Source of the DNA: an uncultured Thermoplasmatales archaeon
Lineage (GTDB): Archaea; Thermoplasmatota; E2; DHVEG-1
Assembly (NCBI GenBank): GCA_964346655.1
Contig: CAYFVP010000141.1
Location: 5,362 to 69,361, forward strand
Length of the DNA stretch: 64,000 nt
Reading direction: 5' to 3'
A model generated the notes under the pieces. It was not told the DNA's origin and searched no databases. It saw only the letters and a list, made by a program, of their open reading frames with translations. This document shows, one piece after another, positions 18,570 through 27,646 of this stretch (positions are counted from its first letter, which is position 1; each line of letters opens with the position of its first letter). A program made the translations under genes and the position numbers.

Positions 18570-19106
18570 ATGGGGGATTTAAAAATGAAAATAAAACAAT
18601 TATTATTTACATTATTAATAATTGCATTAGCTAGTATGTTTAGCGGATGTATACAAAAAGGCGAAGGAACTTTAGTTCTACAAATCACAGATGATCCTGA
18701 TTTAGACATAACTGAAGCTTTGGTCACAATGTCTAATGTAAGTGTTCATTATGCAGGACTACAAGGAAATGGATCAACTGGAGAATGGATTACAATTGTT
18801 GAAGAACAAAAAACATTTGATCTTATTGCATTACAGGATGTTACAGAGCTTTTTGGCACTTCAGAATTAAAAGCAGGATGGTATACACAAATTAGGTTAT
18901 ATGTAGATAGTGCGTTAGTTACTATTGAAGGAATTCAATATGATCTTGAGATTCCCTCAAAAACTGTAAAACTTATTAAACCATTTAAAATACTTGATGG
19001 TCAAACCACAATATTGACATTAGATTTCGACGTACATGAATCAGTTCATGTAACAGGATCAGATAAATACATTTTTAAACCAACAATAAAGGTAATTGAA
19101 GGATAA
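18570..19106 (+). CDS. DUF4382-like lipoprotein
   Basis: Signal peptide with a lipobox (LIIALASMFSGC), LVLQITDDP start and GWYTQIRLYV motif typical of DUF4382. The start may be Met6 at 18585. Confidence 0.5.
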   Translation: MGDLKMKIKQLLFTLLIIALASMFSGCIQKGEGTLVLQITDDPDLDITEALVTMSNVSVHYAGLQGNGSTGEWITIVEEQKTFDLIALQDVTELFGTSELKAGWYTQIRLYVDSALVTIEGIQYDLEIPSKTVKLIKPFKILDGQTTILTLDFDVHESVHVTGSDKYIFKPTIKVIEG

Positions 19107-19469
19107 GTCTAACTTTTACAATAACAAACTTAATAAATATTTCAACAAAACCAGGTCTTAATTGTTAGAGCCTTATCTACAAATTAAAAAAATAAATTTT
19201 AACTTATTAATCAATTTAAAATTCTTCTATTATTTAGTCTGGTTTTTTATTATTTGTTCATATCATTATTTTAATTCAAAATATTTTTTATTTGTACAAA
19301 TTATTAATATAAACTTTTTTAAATTAAGTAAACTTTGAATTATTACATACCTGAATATGTAAATAAGAGGAGGTAAAAAATAAGTTTGAAAATAAATGGT
19401 ATTGTGGCACTTGCAAAAGTTGAAATTACATAAAATGTTTTAAAAATCTTTATAAATTAGGAGGAAAAA

Positions 19470-19916
19470 ATGAGATTTAAAAGGAAAATGTGGGAAAAAA
19501 TCTTTTATTTATTCATTATTTTTTTACTTGTATGTATTACAATTCCCTTAAATGTCACTTCAATAAAAACATTAGAAAATGAAAAAGAAAATGAACTAAA
19601 TAACGGAATTAAAACTATTTTTATGAAGGCTGATTGTTACAAGATTTTACTATACAAAGTTTGGTGGTTTCCTGTTCATATAGGTTCTTTTTGGTTTACT
19701 TCAAAATATGCGTATCTGTGTTTTTTTATTGAAAAGGATTTTATTTTAAAATTAAATGGTATAAATCAAGAAGTAGAACCTCCAGTTATGGTTGTTCCAT
19801 GGAAATATATTGGTTTTGGACCTATATGGAATAATCCTGATTCTTGTGACGGCAATGTTACTTTAATTGGTATATGTGAAGATGTAATTATTGAACCGTT
19901 GAATTTTACTTGTTAA
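19470..19916 (+). CDS. hypothetical secreted/membrane-anchored protein
   Basis: N-terminal hydrophobic segment; no recognisable domain. Confidence 0.35.
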   Translation: MRFKRKMWEKIFYLFIIFLLVCITIPLNVTSIKTLENEKENELNNGIKTIFMKADCYKILLYKVWWFPVHIGSFWFTSKYAYLCFFIEKDFILKLNGINQEVEPPVMVVPWKYIGFGPIWNNPDSCDGNVTLIGICEDVIIEPLNFTC

Positions 19917-20216
19917 CTTAAAACTTAAAATTAACCCTATTCTTACCACAATTGAATGTAAATAAAAAAGAAAAAAGTCAAACGCCTATTTTAAAAACAT
20001 ATTTTCATTTTTGATCAACAGGAGAAGAAGATGATTTTTTACTGGTAAATTCGAAACAATATATCCTTGTCTTTGTACAATCATTTTTATCATTCTATGG
20101 ACTATTTGATTGAAAAAAATAGACCTTATATGGCTAGTTACACGACTTATAATCTCTAATTCTGAAACTAATAAGAAAATTATTAATTATTGGAATAATC
20201 TCTTATTTTTGCTATT

Positions 20217-20504
20217 TTAAGTTTTAATTTGGTTCCCACAATTAATGCAGAATTTAGCATTAGTTTCAAGTTTAAAACCACATTCAATACAGTAATTTGT
20301 TTTACTAATATCAAATTCTTTTTTAGATGATTGTTTTTTAGTTTTTGATGAAGTTTTAACAGATTTTTTATGTTTATTTGTCTTCATACTACCAATAATA
20401 TACATTATAAGAAAAATAAATAGAATTATACCAATGATTCCCATAATAATTAGACTACCCTCAACACTTGGTGAATATACCATATTTTTTCCACCCTGAA
20501 ACAT
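20217..20504 (-). CDS. zinc-ribbon domain membrane protein
   Basis: One TM segment, Lys-rich linker, C-terminal CIECG...CINCG zinc ribbon. Confidence 0.5.
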   Translation of the reverse strand: MFQGGKNMVYSPSVEGSLIIMGIIGIILFIFLIMYIIGSMKTNKHKKSVKTSSKTKKQSSKKEFDISKTNYCIECGFKLETNAKFCINCGNQIKT

Positions 20505-20593
20505 TTCTCTAAAACAGCTTTAGGTTTATAGAGTTCTCTTTATCAAAGATAGGGAAAAAACCTGCAAGCTATGTCATTTTAGTATTTCCATAT

Positions 20594-21385
20594 CTATAGT
20601 AGTGATTTAATATAACCACCATCAACTTGTATTACACTACCTGTTATATAACTAGCTTGATTTGATCCAAGAAATACTACAAGATTTGCAATCTCCTCTG
20701 GCTGAGCCAGTCGTTTCAGTGGAATTTGATCTGCCCATTCGGATATTACAGATTTGTAACTTTTTTTCTCCTTTTCCGCAATTGACTGTGCTAATTCTTC
20801 AACTCTTGTTGTTAGAGTCCATCCAGGGCATACTGCATTAACAAGAATGCCTTCCTCTGCTAATTCATTGGATAAAGTTTTGGTAAGACCTAGAATTCCC
20901 GCTCTTATAGCATTAGATAAAACCAATCTTTCTTCCGGTTGTTTAGCTGCAAAGGAGGTCATATTAATAATTCGCCCCCATTTCTTTTTTTTCATATAGG
21001 GTATAACATCATAACAGCAGTTGATAATACTTTTCAACAAGAGATCAACGGTTTCTTGCCATTCATTTTCTGATGTTTCTAAAAAGAGTTTTGGGGAAGG
21101 TCCTCCTGTGTTATTTACTAATATATCAACTTTTCCGAATGTTTCAACAGTTATTTCAACTAAAGATTTTATAGATTTTTTATTTTTAAGATCAGTTTGA
21201 ACTGGTAAAATCTTTGTTTTAGTAGATTTTTCAATCTCTTTTGCAGTTTTTTGTAATTTTTTTTCATTTCTTGCACAAATTACTACATTTGCTCCTTCTT
21301 TTGCAAAACCCCTAGCAATGGCTTTTCCTATCCCCTGACTAGATCCAGTAACAATTGCAACACGATTATTAATTCCTAAATCCAA
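20594..21385 (-). CDS. SDR family oxidoreductase (FabG-like)
   Basis: TGSSQGIGKAIA cofactor motif and the NNTG motif; 263 aa. Confidence 0.8.
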   Translation of the reverse strand: MDLGINNRVAIVTGSSQGIGKAIARGFAKEGANVVICARNEKKLQKTAKEIEKSTKTKILPVQTDLKNKKSIKSLVEITVETFGKVDILVNNTGGPSPKLFLETSENEWQETVDLLLKSIINCCYDVIPYMKKKKWGRIINMTSFAAKQPEERLVLSNAIRAGILGLTKTLSNELAEEGILVNAVCPGWTLTTRVEELAQSIAEKEKKSYKSVISEWADQIPLKRLAQPEEIANLVVFLGSNQASYITGSVIQVDGGYIKSLL

Positions 21386-21508
21386 AATCTATACCTCTGA
21401 TAAATTCTTTTTTTATTATTTAGAAAAAATGTGAATATATAAAGATGATGGAAGAAATATCTAGCAAGTAGTTTTATTAATGTTTAGATGTTTTAAAAAA
21501 GCGAGGAT

Positions 21509-22801
21509 ATGAGGATGCGGATATTATTGTTATTATCATTATCAATTATATTGTTAGCAGTTGTTTTTAATGGATGTGTTGAACAAGGGTCAGATGAGAG
21601 TAATTCAGATCAAACAACAGATACTAAAGAGAAAAAAGATACAGAATTTGAAGATTGCGGAAATGAAATTGGCAATGGATTAGAAATAATTAGGGGGCCA
21701 CTTGAGCTAGATCGGCCAGCTGATAGGGATAGTGTTTTTCTGTCTTTAGAAATTGATCCACTTGATTCAGATATTATATATGTAGGAACAGAGAGAAATG
21801 GTGTTTTTAGAAGTACCGATGGAGGTGATACTTGGGAATGGTTACGCAAGGGATTAAAACATACACAGTTTGGTTATCCTGAGATTTATTATACTACAAT
21901 TTCCCCCAATGGTAGTGGTGAGGCTGTTTTTATTGCTACGACAAATGGACCTGGGCCTTTGACTGGTCAATATGCTGCTGGTGCAGGCATTTATAAGCAC
22001 CTAAATGGTGATGATACTTGGATTCCTTCTAATTGTGGACTTACACATGCTGGTTTGCATACTGTTGTTTTTGATATAAATAATTCTGATGTTTTGGTTG
22101 CTGCTCTTAGTTCAGAAAAACCTACTGCTAGTCAATTATCAGGTATGAGTTTTCCAGGTGGTATTTTTAAAACAACCGATAGAGGAAATAATTGGTATGA
22201 AGCTTTAACTCCAACGGGCTCAGATAAAAATGATTTTAGCCAAATCTATTCACGAGGATCGTCTTCGACAATATTTTATACGTATGGTAAAAATTTTGAT
22301 AATCCATCTTTAAATCTTGGTTTTTTAAAAAGTACAGATGGTGGAGATATTTGGACAAAGTTTGGTCCTTTTGGAGCTAATAACCAGATCTATAAATTTG
22401 ATATTTCAAAAGATGGAATGGTTTTTTACGCATATGAATACTCTGATGAGACAAAATGGATGCATAAATCCGTTGATAGCGGGGAGACCTGGACCACTAA
22501 ATCTGGTCCCTTTTTTGGTGTTGTAAAAGTGTCACCTAGTGATTCCAATCTAGTATTATTTTTTGGATTTAATCCACAGAGTTATCAATCTTATAAAATT
22601 TATAAGTCTACGGATGGTTTAAAGAGTTATTCTGGTGTTTTAGAAATTGAAAAAACTGTTGAAGATATTGAATTTTCGCTATCCGATCCAAATATTGTAT
22701 ATGCTGCATGTGAAGGATTTGATATCTTTAAAAGTGAGGATGCTGGTAGTACTTGGACGAAGTTGATTAATTTACGTTCTGAAATTATAAATGTTGAATA
22801 A
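21509..22801 (+). CDS. secreted BNR/Asp-box repeat protein (Ycf48/sortilin-like beta-propeller)
   Basis: Signal peptide with Cys; repeated S/TxDxGxxW motifs (STDGGDTW, TTDRGNNW, STDGGDIW, SVDSGETW, SEDAGSTW). Confidence 0.65.
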   Translation: MRMRILLLLSLSIILLAVVFNGCVEQGSDESNSDQTTDTKEKKDTEFEDCGNEIGNGLEIIRGPLELDRPADRDSVFLSLEIDPLDSDIIYVGTERNGVFRSTDGGDTWEWLRKGLKHTQFGYPEIYYTTISPNGSGEAVFIATTNGPGPLTGQYAAGAGIYKHLNGDDTWIPSNCGLTHAGLHTVVFDINNSDVLVAALSSEKPTASQLSGMSFPGGIFKTTDRGNNWYEALTPTGSDKNDFSQIYSRGSSSTIFYTYGKNFDNPSLNLGFLKSTDGGDIWTKFGPFGANNQIYKFDISKDGMVFYAYEYSDETKWMHKSVDSGETWTTKSGPFFGVVKVSPSDSNLVLFFGFNPQSYQSYKIYKSTDGLKSYSGVLEIEKTVEDIEFSLSDPNIVYAACEGFDIFKSEDAGSTWTKLINLRSEIINVE

Positions 22802-22822
22802 TAGAAAAATATCTAAAAATTT

Positions 22823-23074
22823 TCATCTGAGCAATTTTAGAAATTTTGTCCTGAATAAAGCATAAGTAAATACAACAGCTAAAAATATTAGAATTAATGT
22901 TCTTATTGGTGTAAAAGAACAATGTGATTTATACCCTAGCATGCTTTCTTTGCTAACAGATGAATCAGGTACAACTGTCCATATTGAAGAAATTGCTGAT
23001 CCTATAGCACCAGCAATTAAAATAAATAAAAAGAACAATTTTATTGATAATTTTGTAATTTTTTTGATTGACAT
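22823..23074 (-). CDS. hypothetical small membrane protein
   Basis: Two predicted TM helices; 83 aa. Confidence 0.3.
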   Translation of the reverse strand: MSIKKITKLSIKLFFLFILIAGAIGSAISSIWTVVPDSSVSKESMLGYKSHCSFTPIRTLILIFLAVVFTYALFRTKFLKLLR

Positions 23075-23343
23075 AGAAAATCAATATAAAATTTAAGAAT
23101 TTTAAAATTATGCAACATCTTGTCGAATATTTCAATAATACGTTAATTACCCCTACATATTAGAAAAAATTGAAAAAAATATTGAAATATAGGTATAAAT
23201 ATTTAATGCGAAAACATTTCAACTATTATAAAAATATTATAACTTTGTGGGTTCTAATCATGAGGTTAAGATTAAAACCTTAGTTTTTAATCACCTATAC
23301 CTGGTTAAATTAAAAAAGACATCAAAATTTAAGTGTCATTTTA

Positions 23344-24414
23344 ATGATACATATATCAAATATGTGGAATATACGTCTTGGTACAAAGGGAAGAAAGGCT
23401 AAATGCCTAATATGTAATAAAGAAAGCGAATTTATTTCTGACGCTTTAAAATTATGTCTATCTTGCATAAGAAAAAAACCTGAAGAAGCTTTTAAGATTA
23501 CAAAAAATGTTCATAAAAAAATCAGAGAAGAATATAATCTCCCAGGAGAACCACCCAAGGATAAAAGGGGACTACAATGTAAAATTTGTAGTAACAAGTG
23601 TAAAATCGGAAAAGGAAAAAAAGGATACTGTGGTCTAAGGAAAAATATCAATGGTAAACTTGAAACAATTGAAGGAATTTTACACACTTATTATGATCCA
23701 ATACCTACTAATTGTTGTGCATCTTGGTTTTGTTCTGGAAGTAAAGAAAGAGGTTTAAGTCTAGCTGTTTTCCCATTCGGTTGCACCTTTAACTGCGTCT
23801 TTTGTCAAAACTGGACTCATAAATTTATCGAAAGCGGCGATCATATTACAATAGAACATTTAGTAAGAGAAGCCAAGGCTGCTCGTTGCATCTGCTATTT
23901 CGGTGGAACACCTGAACCTCAGCTTCCTTTTCTTCTTAGAGCAACTAAGAAAATACTAGAAAATATGAACCTAAAGATTTGTTGGGAATGGAATGGGACA
24001 GGAAATAAAGATCTAGTTCGAAAAGCTGCAGAGTATTCCTATACAACAAATGGGACAATTAAATTTGATTTAAAGTCATTTGATTGCAATCTTCATATAT
24101 GCCTGACTGGTAGATCTAATAAAAGGACATTAGATAATTTTCAGAGGATCGCTGAAGAATACAAAAAAAATGATTTTCTAACAGCAACGACACTTCTGGT
24201 TCCTGGTTATGTCGATAGAGAAGAAGTAGAAAAAATCGCAAAGTTTATCTCAAATCTGAATAAAGATATTCCTTATTCACTTCTTGGTTTTCATCCTGAC
24301 TTTAAGATGATTGACATGCCAATAACCTCTATAAAACAAGCTGAAGAATGCTATCAGATTGCAAAGAAATATCTAAACCGAGTTAATATTGGAAATAGGC
24401 ACCTCCTGGTGTAA
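23344..24414 (+). CDS. radical SAM enzyme, PflA-like (AmmeMemoRadiSam-type) with extra N-terminal zinc ribbon
   Basis: Motif CKICSNKCKIGKGKKGYCGLRKN (Cx2Cx3C...GxCGxR) followed by GCTFNCVFCQNW (CxxxCxxC); N-terminal CLICN...CLSC ribbon. Confidence 0.7.
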   Translation: MIHISNMWNIRLGTKGRKAKCLICNKESEFISDALKLCLSCIRKKPEEAFKITKNVHKKIREEYNLPGEPPKDKRGLQCKICSNKCKIGKGKKGYCGLRKNINGKLETIEGILHTYYDPIPTNCCASWFCSGSKERGLSLAVFPFGCTFNCVFCQNWTHKFIESGDHITIEHLVREAKAARCICYFGGTPEPQLPFLLRATKKILENMNLKICWEWNGTGNKDLVRKAAEYSYTTNGTIKFDLKSFDCNLHICLTGRSNKRTLDNFQRIAEEYKKNDFLTATTLLVPGYVDREEVEKIAKFISNLNKDIPYSLLGFHPDFKMIDMPITSIKQAEECYQIAKKYLNRVNIGNRHLLV

Positions 24415-24488
24415 AAAATATTTTTTTCTAGTTTAATTTGGATTAAATAAGTTTTTAATCATCTTTTTCATTGATAAAGCACGATTTT

Positions 24489-24611
24489 ATGGAAATTGTA
24501 CCACTTAACGAGGTAGAAGAAACATTAAAAGCATGGAAAAAGAAAAAACAAAAAAAGAAAAAAGATAAGAAAAAAGAAGCAAAAAAGAAAAAAATGGAAG
24601 ATGATAAATAA
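24489..24611 (+). CDS. small Lys-rich ORF (40 aa, MEIVPLNEVEETLKAWKKKKQKKKKDKKKEAKKKKMEDDK)
   Basis: ATG at 24489, TAA overlapping the ATG of the next gene (TAATG). It may be translated or merely an A-rich spacer. Confidence 0.3.
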   Translation: MEIVPLNEVEETLKAWKKKKQKKKKDKKKEAKKKKMEDDK

Positions 24612-25279
24612 TGTCAAAAGTAAAAGGTTTGTCTTCTGAGAGGATTGCAAAAAGACTACTTGAAAGTAGAGGTTTTCATATTTTATCAACAAATCATGCA
24701 ATAATGGAGGGGGACGAAAAGGTTGCGGAAGTAGATATCATTGCTGAAGATGCAAATAGTGAAAGATATGCTGTTGAAGTAAAAGCTGGTAAGGCAGATG
24801 TTAATTCAATTAGACGAGCCTATGCAAATGCAAAACTTTGCGAGTATAAGCCTATGCTTATATGCAAGGGTTACGCAGACGATGCAGTACAAAAAGCTGC
24901 TTTAAAACTAGATGTTAAAGTTGTTGAACTAAGTGAGTATTATTTACTTCTTGAACCAGAGGAATTGGAAAGCATTATTAAAAAATGTGTTGAAGAAGTA
25001 TTCGAAACACATGGTTTTTTACCATACTCAGCAGAGATCGATGATAAGGATAGAAAACTCTTAAAAGTAATCTCCACTGCAAGGAATTTCGACGAAGCTG
25101 CTGAACAAATTAAAATTAATAGGAAACAACTTGGTAAAAAAATAGAGGATTTAACAATCCGTGGAATTCTTCCAAAGAGATCTTTGAGTTTTAGAGATCT
25201 TAAAAGATGTTCTTCTTCAATTTTAGCAAGATCTGAAATTATGTCAAAACTTAATAAAATAGAAAGAAGGTTAAAATGA
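24611..25279 (+). CDS. Hjc-like PD-(D/E)xK nuclease domain fused to a C-terminal helical/HTH-like extension
   Basis: GLSSERIAKRLLESRGFHIL...VAEVDIIAED...YAVEVKAGK reproduces the Hjc resolvase layout (ER...GF...ExDIIA...ExK). 222 aa against about 130 for Hjc. Confidence 0.5.
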   Translation: MSKVKGLSSERIAKRLLESRGFHILSTNHAIMEGDEKVAEVDIIAEDANSERYAVEVKAGKADVNSIRRAYANAKLCEYKPMLICKGYADDAVQKAALKLDVKVVELSEYYLLLEPEELESIIKKCVEEVFETHGFLPYSAEIDDKDRKLLKVISTARNFDEAAEQIKINRKQLGKKIEDLTIRGILPKRSLSFRDLKRCSSSILARSEIMSKLNKIERRLK

Positions 25280-26076
25280 AGAGTTACCCTCGATTTTTAA
25301 CACCTAGTTCAAAGCCTTTTAATCCAGTTGAGTTAACAAGAAAGACTGAGAAACTGGTTTGCAGAAAAAGAAAGAGGAAATACACTGATTTTTATGCAAC
25401 TGGTGTATATGGTGGTATTGCCACAGGCTACACCTGTGGTTGTTGTTTACGTTGCGTATTTTGTTGGGTTGATTGGAGCAGGGATTTCCCTGAGAAATAT
25501 GGCAGGTTTTATTCCTCTGAAGAAGCGTTTAAAAGATTATCCCAGGCAGCAGATGAGTATGGAACAAATAAGTTGAGATTGTCTGGAGCGGAACCTACTT
25601 TAGGAAAGGAACATCTTTTATCGGTTCTAGAACTTGTTGAGCGTTCTAAATATAAGTTGTTTATTTTAGAGACAAATGGCATACCTTTTGGGATTGACGA
25701 GGAGTATGTGGAAAAGATTTCAGAATTCAAAAAGGTGTATGTCAGAATTTCTTTAAAGGCTGGTACACCTATGGATTTCACACGGAAAACAGGGGCAGCA
25801 AGTGAAAGCTTTGAACTCCCTTTTAAAGGTATTAAAAATTTGATTAGGCATGGTTGCAGTTTTCATGTAGCTGCGATGAGCGCTGATCCAAGAATAATAA
25901 GCTCTAGTGAAAGGGTTTCGCTTCTTAAAAAAATAGCTGAGATAGATAAAAACCTTCTCATAAGTTTAGAAGAGGAGGTCATGGACCCATATCAGACAAC
26001 ATTGAAACGTTTAAAATACGCAGAGTGTGAAATAGAATGGCCTCTGAAAGAAATCTATAAACCTATCAAGCTGTGA
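25276..26076 (+). CDS. radical SAM enzyme (PflA/NrdG-like core, 266 aa)
   Basis: GYTCGCCLRCVFCW CxxxCxxC motif and SGAEPTL (SGGEP-like) SAM motif; ATGA overlap with the upstream gene. Confidence 0.65.
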   Translation: MKSYPRFLTPSSKPFNPVELTRKTEKLVCRKRKRKYTDFYATGVYGGIATGYTCGCCLRCVFCWVDWSRDFPEKYGRFYSSEEAFKRLSQAADEYGTNKLRLSGAEPTLGKEHLLSVLELVERSKYKLFILETNGIPFGIDEEYVEKISEFKKVYVRISLKAGTPMDFTRKTGAASESFELPFKGIKNLIRHGCSFHVAAMSADPRIISSSERVSLLKKIAEIDKNLLISLEEEVMDPYQTTLKRLKYAECEIEWPLKEIYKPIKL

Positions 26077-26089
26077 AAAGAGACGTGTT

Positions 26090-27112
26090 ATGAAAAAGTC
26101 ACAGATTAAGGGAAAAGATGATGAATTACAATATCTCGAAGAACTCAGAGAGTGTAGACTCTGCAGTTGGGAATGTAGTGTAAATAGATTAGAAGAGGAC
26201 CGAGGTGTCTGCGGTATAGGTATTCCAGTAACGGCATCATCAATGCTTCATCCTGCGCCACCAGCTAGTTACGATGCATTCTTAGTTGGATGCTCATTCC
26301 GGTGCCTTTTTTGTCAAAATTGGAGAATCTCAAATTTCCCTGATAACCCATGTTCATATGACGTAGAAGGATATTATCCTCCACGAAAATGGGCAGAGTT
26401 AGCGTTAAACAATCTGAAATCTTCCTCGGCACAACTTATCGGTGCGGATAGACTGTTTTTTACAGGTGGAGAACCTAGTTGTTCTCTCCCATGGGTAGAA
26501 GAAGTAGTAAGAGAAGCCAGGAGAATAGACCCAACTGTTAAAGTTAATTATGACACCAATGGCTTCCTAACAAAAAAATCATTGTTAAGGGTCCTTAATT
26601 TTGCAACTTCAATAACCTTTGATATTAAGGCATATAGTGAAAAAATCCACCGGGCTTTAACTGGTGCACCCATAGAACCAGTGCTACAAAATGCAGAATA
26701 CCTTGGTAAAAAAGCAAAGGAGAAAATTTGGGAAATTAGAGTTATGGTAATACCAAAAATACATAAAAAAGAAATACAACCGCTATGTGAATTCATAGGA
26801 AGTATTGATACAACACTACCAGTTTGTTTTTTAGCGTATCGCCCTAACTTTGTAATGGCCACTTCATCTGGAGCTACTTTGGAGTTGATGGAGTATTGTG
26901 TTAATACTGCAAAAAAATCTGGTATTGAAAATGTTCATTGGAGCGGCACAGTTGGCATAAAAGGTGAGAACCCAAAGGGTGATGACATAAAACTTGCATA
27001 TGCTTATGTAGAGATGGGAGGATGCATTCAAAAACAGAGGAGGAATTGTAAAACCTGTACAAATATGGATAATTGCAAGGTTAAAAAACATATACCTTTC
27101 AGGAGTACCTAA
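26090..27112 (+). CDS. radical SAM enzyme, PflA-like (AmmeMemoRadiSam-type)
   Basis: CRLCSWECSVNRLEEDRGVCGIG (Cx2Cx3C...GxCG) then GCSFRCLFCQNW; TGGEPS motif. Confidence 0.7.
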   Translation: MKKSQIKGKDDELQYLEELRECRLCSWECSVNRLEEDRGVCGIGIPVTASSMLHPAPPASYDAFLVGCSFRCLFCQNWRISNFPDNPCSYDVEGYYPPRKWAELALNNLKSSSAQLIGADRLFFTGGEPSCSLPWVEEVVREARRIDPTVKVNYDTNGFLTKKSLLRVLNFATSITFDIKAYSEKIHRALTGAPIEPVLQNAEYLGKKAKEKIWEIRVMVIPKIHKKEIQPLCEFIGSIDTTLPVCFLAYRPNFVMATSSGATLELMEYCVNTAKKSGIENVHWSGTVGIKGENPKGDDIKLAYAYVEMGGCIQKQRRNCKTCTNMDNCKVKKHIPFRST

Positions 27113-27114
27113 TA

Positions 27115-27594
27115 ATGGGGCTGAAAATTTTTCATTCACAAATTAGTAACAAAAACATTCGAAAAATACAAAGTGCATTGGAAAAAACGTATGGATATAT
27201 ACTAGATGTTAGTATTGGAGGAGAATTAGAATTACCTAAAGAAGTATATAACTCGCAGAGAGATCAATACAATGCAGATATCCTACTAACATATCTTATA
27301 AAAACAATAAAGACGGACACTGCTCTATGGGTTATACAAAAAGATCTCTACTGCAAAGGTATGAACTTCATTTTTGGATATGCTTTATCACATAGAGGTG
27401 CTATTCTATCGATTTACAGATTATCCAGTAATGAATTAATAGAAAAAGAAGCTAAACATGAAGTTGGGCATATACTAGGTTTACAACATTGCAGCAATCA
27501 ATGTGTCATGCAATTTTCAAATTCCCTTTGGGAGGCAAAAATGAAACCATCGTATCTATGTGAAAGTTGTAAAAGAAAAATAACCTTTTTTTAA
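27115..27594 (+). CDS. amzA: archaemetzincin (zinc metalloprotease)
   Basis: HEVGHILGLQHCSNQCVM extended HExxHxxGxxHC...C motif plus C-terminal CESCKRK, diagnostic of archaemetzincins; starts 3 nt after the upstream radical SAM gene. Confidence 0.8.
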   Translation: MGLKIFHSQISNKNIRKIQSALEKTYGYILDVSIGGELELPKEVYNSQRDQYNADILLTYLIKTIKTDTALWVIQKDLYCKGMNFIFGYALSHRGAILSIYRLSSNELIEKEAKHEVGHILGLQHCSNQCVMQFSNSLWEAKMKPSYLCESCKRKITFF

Positions 27595-27646
27595 TAATTA
27601 ATAATTCTTGCATGCTTCAAAATAACAATAAAATTGTTTTCACATT

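Noticed and set aside
23239-23343. aggttaagattaaaacctta near-palindrome and a 25-codon ORF upstream of the first radical SAM gene
   Set aside because: The arms are not truly complementary beyond 4 bp, and the mini-ORF has no RBS or conservation argument. Likely chance.
24540-24600. Poly-lysine coding stretch (aaaaaagaaaaaagataagaaaaaagaagcaaaaaagaaaaaaa) as a possible simple repeat or slippery element
   Set aside because: It is better explained as the A-rich body of the 40-aa K-rich small ORF or as plain A-rich spacer. There is no periodic unit and no evidence for a separate element.
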